A DNA stretch of 64,000 nt from Blasia pusilla (Eukaryota): positions 20,956,001 to 21,020,000 of the forward strand of contig CM114271.1 of NCBI GenBank assembly GCA_050084515.1, written 5' to 3'. How positions within the stretch are numbered: the first letter of the stretch is position 1; each line of letters opens with the position of its first letter. The notes beneath the pieces are model-generated. The model did no database searches and was not told the DNA's origin. It was given only the letters and a program-made list of their open reading frames with translations. The position numbers and the translations under genes are program-made. Of this stretch, positions 1-12,136 are shown piece after piece.

Positions 1-737
1 TCACCAACGTAGGTAAGGCTGCCCTCAACTCCCCCACCCTATTGGTCATGGCCAACGTTGGTCTATCATCCCGTGTCACCACCTACGATCGACGCCCTGA
101 GCCCAAAATAGCATCCATTGTGAGATGTGGTGCTCTCTGGACTCCATCGTATGCTCGACTGAGTACCTCTGATGGTATCAGGTTTGTCCACCACAATCGT
201 GGATGATGAGCACGTGATCCAACTCTCGCCGCATCTAATAACACAGTAGGTCCCAACTAGGACCTCATCTGATACACATTCGTCATTACACGTGCACGAG
301 TGTCTCCCAACAATGACACGTTCTCCAAGATGTAGGTTGGAGAACATGTCTGACTCTCCTGCAAGTGTTGTACTACTCGTAGCATCTCCCAAAACATCCA
401 TGAACTCGGATCCTGCAATCCAAATCCTCAGTCAGCTGATGAATGACCCTGACATAGCCATCCAGCAATCACCAAATGAATGGTGCCAACTCTATCCAGA
501 TCCTGCGCCCCCACCAAAGAGATGTCGGCGGGTAGTGTATGCTGATATCCCCGTACTGCAGATACCGGAAACAACTCAGGGTACCTCTGGACCAATCGCG
601 CCACGTGACGTAATGATACTCGCCACGCGGTCTCATCTCTCTCCACATAAAGGTACTGATGCACCCTTATGCCCGCCTGCAATACTGCAGCCAATCCGGT
701 GCGAATCCCTCCGAAGAGATCTAACACCCTAACACCC
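1..737 (-). pseudogene. DNMT3-like methyltransferase domain of outer element (partial)
   Basis: VRVLDLFGGIRTGL, IHLVIAGWLCQGHS (PC changed to LC), YILENV (~334-317), LDAARVGSRAHHPRLWWTNL (~239-180). Confidence 0.88.
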
Positions 738-1032
738 TTCTCTGGGCACTGCCACACAACGGGTGTGGTGTCCAGTGGGGTCAACGTCTCCACTCCAAGA
801 GCCCGATCGCCACGTGACTCTCGCTGCTCCGGGATAAAAACATGACTCCACGCCTACCTCACGAGGTCGTCGGCACTCCTCTGTAGCTCTCGAGTCGTAC
901 CCCACAATGGTGAAGAGGTCTCGCCAACATGGGAAGAGACACCCGCCATGGCTTGTCTCTCCGTGGGACTATCCGCCAGGGACATCCTCCGCATGTGCGT
1001 TCCCCTCCAACAACTCTCCTGGTCCGCTAACA

Positions 1033-3308
1033 CTACCTGTGAAATCCGCCAACGTGGTCATTGACTCGCCTCGTGATCGACCACCTCGTCCCGCAAACTG
1101 CACGGGTAACTGACTCATCTAGCCGATAAGCAACGGTCTCCTCCCACAAGTCTAGGATGAATCCTAGAGGATATAACACTATACTCCCCACCAACACATC
1201 GTACGACTCAGCTGGTGTCGTAATCGCACGTGTGTGCACCATAGCACTATCCGTCGCATGCTCTGGCTGGACTCTCACAACTTTCTCCTGTCGAGTCATA
1301 TACTGCATGGGTGACACGCCCCCAATTGAGTTCCGTATCAGGAAGGGACAAGGCTCAATATCGGCCTTCCGTAACCCCAAGGCTAAACACGCCGCCTTCC
1401 CTAACATCAAGGGTTGCGCTCCCGAATCAAGTAGGACGCGCTGCAGGTGGTATATTGTCCTCGTTGGATTAACCAAGTGAAATACTCCAGCTCGGTTATC
1501 CAGTAACACTACTCCAAATGTCACCACTGCTCACTCTATGGCCGGTCAAGCTAGCATATCTACCAACTTGGCCGCCGCCGCATGCCATGACTATGTGGGG
1601 AACGTCCCGAGCACCGGCTCTGAGGGCAAGTCCACCACATCCTCAACTACCTCTGAACAAGAAGCAATCATCTCTCCACGCTCACACAACGTGGCGGCCA
1701 GCCGGAACACCTCAATTGGTCGCCAACTCTATGGCGGAAAATAGTGGAGTCTGACTCACTCTGGTGGCCACCTCCAACACTATGGTCGACACTGACTCCA
1801 CTCGAGCCGGCGTAGGAGTTGTCACTCCAACTCCTCGTGACGTCGACGTAGGTGCTTGAGCTGTAGGCACCGCTGGTTGTCGAGGCACCATCGATGGTGT
1901 GTGTAGTGCCTCGGACAATGTGAATGACTGTGGAACCCTGGCGTGCCGCCCATCCGTCCTCTCTGGTGGGTCAATCTCAACTCCACCTCTCGGTGCCTCT
2001 CGCAACACCCCGAGTCACCACTGCAGCTGCCTCAACCTCGGCTGCACTACACATAAACCCTGTACTGGTGAGATCCTCACCGGGGTCAGGGTAAGAGGTA
2101 GAAGTTGAAGTCACACTAGCTACTCGCAGCTCCGTGCCTTCCCTAAGCTGCATCATCGTCATGGCATCAATCCTCTGCTCCAACAGATCGATGCGTGAGA
2201 GAAGTGTCGGCTCTGGTGCTCCTGCTCCATCTCCTCTGGCTGGTGGTGGTCCTCTACCGCTACGTCTAGGAAGGACTCCCCGACCTCCTCCAGGATGACC
2301 GGCCCCAGGCCCTCGGCCTACCTTTGGACATGCCTCTCGGCGAAGGTCAAAACACCTATCCCTAGTGTGACCATATCTGTGGCAATAGTCACACTGGTGC
2401 TGTGGTGGGGCCATCCTCTATGGCTCCTTAGCAATCGGAGGCGCTCGTGGTCCTCTCCCATGCTGTGGATAGTCTCTCTGCCTATGGGCCCCTCCACACG
2501 TCCAACAAGACCACATCGATCCCTGTTGGGCAACATATGTAGGTACGGGTCGTTGCCTCATAGGCTCACGGTACCCGCCCTGCTCTCTGGGCACACCGGC
2601 CCGCTCTCGTGGTACTGGTGCTCGCTGTGGCACCTGTGGGGTCACCGTCGCTCGTGGACCTGTCGACTCTCGAGAAAATCCAATGGTCACTACCTGCTCC
2701 TCACTCATGTTGAGCTCAATACGCTCAGAAAACTCTAAGGCCAACTTCAATGTGGGCTTCACTGTGTGAATCAACACTGCATCTCGGACTCTCCTCCGTA
2801 GTTCTCGGTCCAGAACCCCGAACCAATACTGGACTGATTGTGTCTCAGTCACTCCATATGTAGCAATGATCAGCCTCCTCATGCGTGTGAATGCCTCTCT
2901 TAGACTCTCACCCGACCATCGCTCAAAATCCCGTAGACTCTTCAGCTTGTCGGTCCGTACGCCCTGGTAGCTCTTCCCCAACTGTCGGAAGAACTCCACA
3001 ATGGGGATGAAGCTGGGTGGCCCTCTACCACCAAAGGTCTTTGCCACATCGCCTATCTCACTGCCCTCCTCTCCATCTAGTCTCCGGGCTGATGGTGTGG
3101 GTCTCTCTCCTCTCACAATCCCATCATATGCCTCGCGACCACTAGTGGACACATACCCTAGAGTCCAATACATCCTCATGGCATCGATCTCTACCAAATA
3201 TAGTGATCAAAACTCCATGTAATCATCCATCGGAGAACCCTCCAAGTGCTGGAACAACCCCTTCCATGCCATGAAAGGGTTGAACCGTATCGGGGTCGAT
3301 ATCTCTTG
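1033..3308 (-). pseudogene. Gag (C-terminal part) and protease of outer element
   Basis: ORFs 2418-3197, 1977-2414 (CDYCHRYGHTRDRC) and 1033-1527 (VLLDSGAQ), with stops and frameshifts between them. Confidence 0.85.
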
Positions 3309-3446
3309 TGTCGTGCGCATACATATCGCTACACAACATACATCGCTGGTCACATCTACACCATACAACACCGATCTTCCCCACACACGGGTTGATCCAC
3401 ACATGTACAAAAATCAACTCATACATATACATGGAGATCACTCAAC
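3309..3446 (-). repeat. Terminal repeat A, outermost 3' copy (138 bp), ending in CA
   Basis: Direct repeat of 3928-4065. It joins B at 3446/3447 with no spacer and is followed by the TSD. Confidence 0.93.
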
Positions 3447-3925
3447 AAAAATAAAGAGTAGTAAAAACGGCACACCGGGCCTAAAACTCCACTCCTCAAT
3501 CTACATCGGCATATCGAGCCTCGTCCACCCTGTGCTATCAAGGAATCCGGACGCTAGCACCCTAGTCCTAGCTCACACACATACAAGGGAGGTGCTCCAA
3601 CGGCCCAACATGAGAAAGATGGCTTAGGAAAGCCATCTTCCTCTCTTATATAGGTTGGGAAGAGCCAAAAGGCTCAAACCCTAGAAATAGCCCTTCCCTT
3701 GATAACCTGCGCGCACAGGTTACCAGAGGCAGGTGACCTGGTCAACAAGTCACATGGCTATAAAAGACCTCAACATAAAAGTCGTCAGAAACAACGTTCC
3801 TGACGCAATGGACCTATCCTCAACCTCATCCGACACTGTGGGACAAAGTTACACTCAAGATAGTCCGCTGGCTCCTACGCCCTATCCACGATAGATCTCA
3901 GCCTATCGGTTACTCAGATGTGACA
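3447..3925 (-). repeat. Terminal repeat B, 3' copy of inner element (479 bp)
   Basis: Direct repeat of 12137-12613, sandwiched between two A repeats. Confidence 0.93.
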
Positions 3926-3927
3926 GT

Positions 3928-4065
3928 TGTCGTGCGCAAACATATCGCTACACAACATACATCGCTGGTCACATCTACACCACACAACACCGATCTTCCC
4001 CACACACGGGTCGATCCACACATGTACAAAAATCAACTCATACATATACATGGAGATCACTCAAC
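3928..4065 (-). repeat. Terminal repeat A, copy adjacent to the PPT (138 bp)
   Basis: + strand tgtcgtgcgc...gatcactcaac. Three substitutions relative to 3309-3446. Separated from B by a 2-bp spacer (3926-3927). Confidence 0.93.
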
Positions 4066-4075
4066 TGCCCCCCTA
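4066..4075 (-). other. Polypurine tract-like motif (TAGGGGGGCA)
   Basis: G-run about 70 nt after the pol stop codon, directly abutting repeat A. Confidence 0.7.
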
Positions 4076-4141
4076 GCTGGCAGTTGGATCCCCCTAACTC
4101 CAGATAGAAAATATCACATCTCTCTAACATGACCTACTACC

Positions 4142-4282
4142 CTATACACATCTCGGACACACCCATCGTCCCGTGGGAACCACATCAAGAGGGGGGGTCA
4201 GACATGACATATGCCACCCTCGAGAACAACCATCACATACCAACATGGTGGCTGCACCCCTCGCATATCCGCACAACATACA
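4142..4282 (-). CDS. PHD finger at the C-terminus of the integrase/pol
   Basis: CMLC-x11-CDGC-x4-HMSC-LTPPLDVVPTGRW-VCPRC, an intact C4HC3 pattern, followed by a stop codon. Confidence 0.92.
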   Translation of the reverse strand, partial: CMLCGYARGAATMLVCDGCSRGWHMSCLTPPLDVVPTGRWVCPRCV

Positions 4283-4499
4283 CCTCAAGCCTGGAGGTAC
4301 CACTGCCAAGCTTGGATCCACCGTCCCATCTACGTTCGGAAGATGACATGGCGCACAATTGCGCACATGATCCTTCCAAACCATACCATCTCGTCCCTCC
4401 AACATGAGGACTCCGGTCGGTAATACTTCGCGCACACGTAGGATAGTGCGCTCTGCAGTGACATCTAGCGTCGTGGGTGCCGCCTGCTGTAAATACACG

Positions 4500-5400
4500 T
4501 AATCTCCAGGATGAAACCTCCTAATCCCTGGAGGATAACCTCCTCCATGAATGGTCGCTACCTCAATGTATCTCTATCTCGGGCAATAGCTAAGTTCTCA
4601 AAGGCCATAGGCATAACTCTATGAAAAACTTCTGCCCTCTAAGAACATGCTTGCACCCACACATCTGGATCATCACGATCTAACACCTCCGCCATGTCAC
4701 GTCGAATCGCTGCATGTAACTCTGGCTCTCTCCCAAAGAGCAAAAAGTACGGTGAAAATGACGCCAAGGATGCTGCCGACTAAAGCGATAACCCATAGCC
4801 AACCATGGCAATCAGAGGTCCCACTCCCTCAATCGCCCCTGCTGCAAGCCATACTTGCGCAATCCTCTCTTCACCGTCTGTACCACTCTCTCCACCAATC
4901 CATCCGCCTCAGGATGATCCCTGGACGTGGTGCGGTGATCTATCGGCGCTGATCACACAAGGCCTGAAACTCTCCCTCGAACTCGGTACTGGTCGGTCAA
5001 CACCTCCGCGGTGCACCAAAGTGACTAAGCACACGATCTAGAAACGCATAAGCTTTTTCCTCGCCGCTTTGTCGGTAGTGCCACCAACTCTATCCACTTG
5101 GAGAAATGCTCCACCATGACCAACACGTACCTATGATGACGCCCTGTCAATGGCAAAGGTCCCGCAAAGTCTAAACTCCACCGATAACCTAAACCCATAA
5201 TCTCAAAAGGATGTAATTGCGGAGTGGGAGCATTGAAGGATGCTCGCACTCTGTCACATACCATACATCTGGCCACAAACTGTTGTACCCTAGTATGCAT
5301 GCCGCGCCACCAATACTGAACCTGGAGTAAGCTGTAAGTACGCTTTACTCCAAAATGTCCCAACTCCTCATCGGCATGTCGCACTACACGTGCTCGCTGG
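4500..5400 (-). pseudogene. DDE integrase (HHCC zinc-binding domain + rve core), frameshifted
   Basis: GHFGVKRTY...YWWRGM...CMVCDR, followed by RWSLDFAGPLP...YVLVMVEHFSKWIE. Confidence 0.9.
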
Positions 5401-5749
5401 GAAGGATGAGGTACCACTTGTATCCTACCATCTCCCCATACCCGCAAAATGTGAGTCCCCTCCCACCTGAACCTCTTGGCTCTCTGTAAGATCCAATCCC
5501 GCTCCCTAGCACTCATTGAACTCGCAATGACGCCAGTGCGCAAGAAGTCCACAACCTCCACGTCGTCATGGATATCACGACCACCTGTCGCCTCCTCACT
5601 AACCTCCGGATCCAAAGACTCATCATCCAACCCCACCACTCGAGTCATCACTGTGGCGACCGCCATAGTCAACCAACAAAGATAGGCGGATGCATGCCAA
5701 CCGGGCACCATCTCCTCATCACTCTCTCGTGCCATTGAGCTCGTGGACG

Positions 5750-6120
5750 TCTCTCGACTCGGACATGGGTTACGACTCGGCCCATCCGCATCCTGGTTCA
5801 GCCGACTGGGCCTATGAACCACCTCAAACTCATACTCTGTAGTAATAGAGCCCACCTGGTAAGCTTTCCATAAGCTTGTCGGACTCCATCAACCACTTCA
5901 ACGGTGATGATCGTGATAAGTGTGAAAGGGTTGCCAAATAAATAGCACCTAAAATATGCCACGGCCCCACCGCAGCCAAGCACTCTCCCTCAAGGAGTCA
6001 GATGCCGCCCTCTGCAATGTTGTTCGATCGCTCGCGTAAGCCACAACGAACTCCCTCTCCTCGTCATCCCTCCGAGTAAGCACCGCTCCTAGACCCAACA
6101 TGCTCCAACCGTATGTAATG
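5750..6120 (-). pseudogene. RNase H domain, frameshifted
   Basis: GLGAVLT...VVAYAS, AVAYFRCYLFGNPFTLIT, KLTRWALLLQ, EYEFEVVHRP...NQDADG.SR. Confidence 0.88.
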
Positions 6121-6379
6121 GAATGGGCGACCCCTAACCGGTCTCTCAAAATGGGTGAGGCGTCAACTTTGTCCTTGAGCTCTGAAATGCTCGCCTCGAT
6201 CATCTCCCCACAACCACACGATCAAGTTTTGTCAACAAGGTCAAAGAACGCACTAAAACCCTTGACATACAAGTCGATAGAAGTTCGCCATCAAGAAATG
6301 CTCGGACTGACTCACATCCAGAGGGCGTGGAATCTGCGCAGAATAGCCTCTACCTTGCCAAATCTGCTGAACGCCTAAC

Positions 6380-7050
6380 CCACTCGGGTATATGGTGTGT
6401 CCCAAGTACTCAATCTGCTCTTGAAAGAATCTGCACTTGCACGGATGTAACCGGTCCATGAAACGCAATCGCTGAAACACCTCCTCCAAGTGTCGCTCAT
6501 GCTCCTCAACCGTGGAATCAAGATAAGAATATCATCTATGTAACATCGCAAAATCTAAGCCAGCCAAAATCCTATCCATCACTGAAACTCCAGCGAGCGC
6601 GTTCTTCAACCCAAATGGTAAGAACCGCCATTGATACAAGCAATCTCTCCCGAACTGATCTATCCCCCGAGAATGTTGTCTTCTCCTGGCCTCCAACCTG
6701 ATAGGAGGCGATGATAGCCAGGACGGAGATCTAAATCTTGAAGATCTTTGCATGCCCTACGCATCAAAGATCTCCTCAGAGTAGGCATGGCATACCGATC
6801 TGACCTCGTCTGTCGGTTGATAGGACGGTAATCTCCACACATCCGCCTATCCGTCCAATTGCCATACATATCCTTCTTTGCCGGCATGACTGTGGCAGAT
6901 GCATACTCCCCATGTGACAACTCCACAAGTCCTGCCTCCAACAAGTCCTGACTCCTGCTCTGAATCAAGGCTCGCTCCATATCAGAATACCTGTAGGATC
7001 GACAAAAGATCGGCGTATCACTAGCCAACTCAATCCGTATCCCGGGACCC
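6380..7050 (-). pseudogene. Reverse transcriptase (Ty3/Gypsy type), frameshifted
   Basis: RMCGDYRPINRQT, DLRPGYH, LPFGLKNA, YIDDIL (~6543-6526), KCRFFQEQIEYLGH. Confidence 0.92.
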
Positions 7051-7500
7051 TTCAACGTACCCAAGTCTCTCATATCAAGGCAAAACAACCGACATGCCCT
7101 CTCGAGAAACCTATGAACTCACCGTCGCTCTCCTCCTATCAACTTGAGACCTATCACAGGCTCCCAAGTCTCCATCATGATCTCACTCGGAGAGGACGCA
7201 ACCTCCGGCTTTGGTTGCTATGTAGCAACCCTAGCCACCTCCGCAACAGCCACTCCACTATGACCTCCTACACCATGCTCCACATCCGAAAAATGAACAT
7301 GTGCTACTCTAGCCGCCTTCGCACTCTCTGCTCAAACGACGTCCCAAGAAGTCCATGGGTGCCTATCTCTCCTCATCTTGCCTGACCAATGCCTGTGACA
7401 GACCTCAGAGGCGTGGTCCAACTCGTGGACGTGGCGGCATGGATGACACTCGCATCCATCTCGCTTCGAGCCATACCTAGGTGACTATCCATGTGAGACA

Positions 7501-8408
7501 GTTGAGGTCCATCGCCCCTAACACTGTCTCCGTGATGCCTCAGTCATCCCTGGCACCGCCGTAGTACCGGTAGTGAACCCCATGGCGCGCTCACGCTCAT
7601 ATGCTGTAGGCTCCTCCAATGCGCCGGTCACCTCATCCCAAATCATGCGTGGCCCTCCATGACGAAAAGCATGGGATGCTGGGAAGCTCACCAACGTAGG
7701 TAAGGCTGCCCTCAACTCCCCCACCCTATTGGTCATGGCCAACGGTGGTCTATCATCGCGTGTCACCACTTGAGATCGACGCCCGAGTCCAAAATAGCAT
7801 CCACCGTGAGATGTGGTGCTCGACTCCATCATGCTTGACTCAGTACCTCGATGGTATCAGGTTTGTCCACCACGATCGTGGGACGATGGGCACGTGACCC
7901 AACTCGCTGCATCTAACAACACGGTCCCGGTCCCAACCAGGACTCACCGATGTACACTCGTCATCACATGTGCACAGTATCTCCCAACAACGGCACGTTC
8001 TCCAAAATGTAGGTTGGAGAACATATCCGACTCTCTGCAAGTGTCGTACTACTCGCAAACATCTCCCAAAACATCCACGACCTCGATCGTGCAATCCAAA
8101 TCCTCGGCCGGTTGATGAATGACCGACATGGCCATCCAAAGCAATCACCAAATGAATGGTGCCAACTCTATCAGATCGTGCGCCCCACCAAAGATATGTC
8201 GGCGGGTAGCGTATGCTGGTATCCCCGTACTGCAGATACCGACAACAACTCAGGATACCTCTGGACCAATCTCGCCACGTGATGTAATGATACTCGCCGC
8301 GCGGTCTCATCTCTCTCCACATAAAGGTACTGATGCACCCGTATGCCCCCCTGCAATACTGCAGCCAATCCGGTGCTAATCCCTCCAAAGAGATCTAACA
8401 CCCTAACA
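7501..8408 (-). pseudogene. C5 cytosine DNA methyltransferase domain (DNMT3-like) within pol of inner element, frameshifted
   Basis: Motifs occur in canonical order: I VRVLDLFGGISTG; II YVERD; IV GWPC (PC at 8131-8126); VI YILENV (~8011-7994); VIII-like DAA..G..AHRP..WWTNL; IX ERERAMGF; X RRQ.LG.AMD. Confidence 0.88.
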
Positions 8409-8829
8409 CCCTCCTCTAGGCACTGCCACACAACAGGTGTGGTATCTAGTGGGGTCATCGTCTCCACTCCAAGAGCCCGATCGCCATGTGACTCTCGCTG
8501 CTCTGGGATAAAAACATGACTCCACGCCTGCCTCACGAGGTCGTCGGCACTCCTCTGTAGCTCTCGAGTCGTACCCCATAATGGTGAAGAGGCATTGCTA
8601 ACATGGGAAGAGACACCCGCCATGGCCTGTCTCTCCGTGGGACTATCCGCTACTGGGACATCCTCCGCATGTGCGTTCCCCTCCAACAACTCTCCTGGCC
8701 AGCTAACACTACCTATGAAAGTCGCCAACGTGGTCATAGACTCGCCTCGTGATCGACCATCTCGTCCCGCTAACTGCACGGGTAACTGACTCATCCGACC
8801 GTCACCTGACCGCCATCCTGGCCGATAAG

Positions 8830-9150
8830 CAACGGTCTCCTCCCAGAAGTCAAGGATACATCCTAGGGGATATAACACTATACTCCCCACCAACACATCG
8901 TACGACTCAGCTGATGTCGTAATCGCACGTGAACGCACCATAGCACTATCCGTCGCATGCTTTGGCTGGACTCTCACAACAATCTCCTGTCGAGTCATAT
9001 ACTGAGTGGGTGATACGCCCCCAATCGAGGTCTGTATCGGAAGGGACAAGGCTCAATGTCGGCCTTCCGTAGCCCCAACGCTAAACACGCCGCCTTCCCT
9101 AACATCAAGGGTTGCGCTCCCGAATCAAGTAGGACGCGCTGCGGGTAGTA
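8830..9150 (-). pseudogene. Retropepsin-like aspartic protease domain of inner element
   Basis: RVLLDSGAQPLMLG (D-S-G active site) and downstream YDVLVG motif. One frameshift near 9045. Confidence 0.85.
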
Positions 9151-9949
9151 AACTATCCCCGTCGGACTAACCAAGCAAAATACTCCAGCTCGGTTATCAG
9201 TAACACTACTCCAAATGTCACCACTGCTCACTCTATGGCCGGTCGAGCTAGCATATCTACCAACTTGGCCGCCGCCGCATGCCATGACTCTGTGGGGAAC
9301 GTCCCGAGCACCGGCTCTGAGGGCAAGTCCACCACATCCTCAACTACCTCTGAACAAGAAGCAATCATCTCTCCACGCTCACACAACGTGGCGGCCAGCC
9401 GGAACACCTCAATTGGTCCAACTTCCAACGTCGCCAACTCTATGGCGGAAAATAGTGGAGTCTGACTCACTCTGGTGGCCACCTCCAACACTATGGTCGA
9501 CATTGACTCCACTCGAGCCGGCGTAGGAGTTGTCACTCCAACTCCTCGTGACGTCGACGTAGGTGCTTGAGCTGTAGGCACCGCTGGTTGTCGAGGCACC
9601 ATCGATGGTGTGTGTAGTGCCTCGGACAATGTGAATGACTGTGGAACCCTGGCGTGCCGCCCATCCGCCTCTCTCTGGTGGGTCAATCTCAACTCCACCT
9701 CTCGGTGCCTCTCGCAACACCCCGAGTCACCACTGCAGCTGCCTCAACCTCGGCTGCACTACACATAAACCCTGTACTGGTGAGATCCTCACCGGGGTCA
9801 GGGTAAGAGGTAGAAGTTGAAGTCACACTAGCTGCTCGCAGCTCCGTGCCTTCCCTAAGCTGCATCATCGTCATGGCAGCAATCCTCTGCTCCAACTGAT
9901 CGATGCGTGAGAGAAGAGCCGGCTCTGGTGCTCCTGCTCCATCTCCTCT

Positions 9950-11250
9950 GGCTGGTGGTGGTCCTCTACCACCACGTCTAGGAAGAACTCCCCGACCTCC
10001 TCCAAGACGACCGCCCCCAGGCCCTCGGCCTACCTCTGGACGTGCCCCTCGGCGAAGGTCAAAACATCTATCCCTAGTGTGACCATATCTGTGGCAATGG
10101 TCACACTGGTGTTGTGGTGGGGCCATCCTCTGTGGCTCTTGCGCAATCGGAGGCGCTGGTGGTCCTCTCCCATGCTGTGGATAGTCTCTCTGCCTATGGG
10201 CCCCTCCACACGTCCAACAAGACCACATCGGTCCGTGTTGGGCAACATATGTAGGTGCGGGTGGTTGCCTCATAGGCTCACGGTACCCGCCCTGGTCTCT
10301 AGGCACACTGGCCCGCTCCCGTGGTACTGGTGCTCGCTGTGGCACCGGTGGGGTCACCGCCGCTCGTGGACCCGTCGACTCTCGTGAAAATCCAGCGGTC
10401 ACTACCTGCTCCTCACTCATACGCTCAGACAACTCAAAGACCACCTTCAATGTGGGCTTCGCTGTGTGAATCAGCACCGCATCTCGGACTCTCCTCCGTA
10501 GTTCTCGGTCCGAACCAGACCAATCTTTGGACTAAGCTGCGCCTCGTCACTCCAACGTAGCAATGATCAGCCTCCTCATGCGTGTGAAGGCCTCTCTCGA
10601 CTCTCACCCGATCGTCGCTGAAAATCCTCAGAGACTCTTCAACTTGTCGGTGCGTACACCCTGGTAGCTCTTCCCCAACCGTCGGAAGAACTTCACCTTT
10701 GTGGGGTGTCAAGCAGGTGGACCTCTACCACCAGAGGTCTCGCCACATCGCTGTGTCCTTTGTCCTCCTCTCTATCTAGTCTCCGGGCTGATGGTGTGGG
10801 TCTCTCTCCTCTCACAATCCTAATCATATGCCTCGCGACCACTAGTGGACACATACCCGGAGCCCAAAACATCCTCCAGGCATCGATCTCTTTGAATATA
10901 GTGATCAAAACTCCATGTAGTCATCCATCGGAGGACCCTCCAAATCTTTGGAACAACCCCTTCCATGCCATGAAAGGGTTGAACCGTGTCGGGTTCAGAT
11001 ATCTCTGGAAGTCGCACCATGTGTCGAACTCCTGGATGAAATCATCTAAGTCGATGGTGCCCATCGCACCGAGAAACGACGCATGCCCCGATGGCCCATG
11101 TCGCCCATCTCCCGCCAAGTACTATGTCTCTCTCATTTCACGATCTCGTCACCAGACCGGTGTCTAGTGATGACGATCGATCCACGGATGGATGTCGAGG
11201 TAGCTCCTAATTGGTAACCCCTCGATATCTCACTCCACTCCGTGTCACAC
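9950..11250 (-). pseudogene. gag: Gag of inner element (frameshifted) with two zinc knuckles
   Basis: Fragments IDLDDFIQEFDTWCDFQ, CWTCGGAHRQRDY (degenerate knuckle) and CDHCHRYGHTRDRC (CCHC), spread over several frames. Boundaries approximate. Confidence 0.8.
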
Positions 11251-12123
11251 CACTACCACTGCTCGCACTGCCCCGTTCTTCCGAACCCTGGAAGAACGCC
11301 GTGATGACAAACCCTGTCTCACCCACTCAAGCACTCAGACTCACCGAAAGTCTCCCACACGCCTCACTAGCTCACCTATGCTAACATCAATCCCATGATG
11401 ACATACCCGCCTCACGACGCTCAACACTCGGGCTCACCATGAGCCTCCCAACCGACTCACCTAACCTAGCGACACACTCTCGGGTCATACACGCGACCCT
11501 ACTTCGGCAACCGTCGTATATCCACCAACATGCTACACATGAAAAGAATCTACACTCGTCACCATCTAGCACCAGCTACTACCCGATACCCAACACTCTC
11601 AATCACACACGACAAGTGCGAGAAAAGGGACTCGAATGGGTAACCTGATCACGCCCTCCAACCTCCTGCACCGTCAATATGCACTCCTCCACATGATATG
11701 ACAATCTCCGCCACATAACACTCCCCTCGACCAACACGCCGATCCTCCCACAATCAACAGATCACGGACAACCCGTCGGCATCATGCACACTGCCCCTCC
11801 ATCGTAAACTCTCGCAACGCCCTATGCGCGCCTCACAAACAACATGTCATGCAAACCCCTCTGTCCAACTTGTCGATCACTCAACACGTCGACATCCTCC
11901 CTGCCCTCACGTTGACCATGCGCACCGCGTTCGCCGGACCGACCTCGTCCGTCCTACCACGTTCGCTACGACTGTCCGACCGCCGTCGGTGCTACCACGT
12001 CGGAGAGGGGGAAAGAAATTGGACCGCGGCCCTATGCGGGCCCCTTGGGCCCTAAATGCGGGGGAACGCTTTAGCAACTCGCTTGCCTACCTGCAAACAA
12101 CGAATTCCCACCAGCCCCTTGAC

Positions 12124-12136
12124 ATCTTTCTCATGT
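12124..12136 (-). other. Putative self-priming primer-binding site (ACATGAGAAAGAT)
   Basis: Lies immediately inside repeat B, lacks the TGG of tRNA-primed PBSs, and is the exact reverse complement of 12298-12310. The same site is present at 13836-13848. Confidence 0.75.

Noticed and set aside
428-793. Host DNMT3/DRM gene
   Set aside because: It is intronless, embedded between protease and RT, and duplicated with the element.
3309-4065. A-B-A as an independent TRIM/mini-element with 138-bp LTRs
   Set aside because: It has no TSD of its own, B is the terminal repeat of the large element, and the TSD pairs 3305-3308 with 12614-12617.
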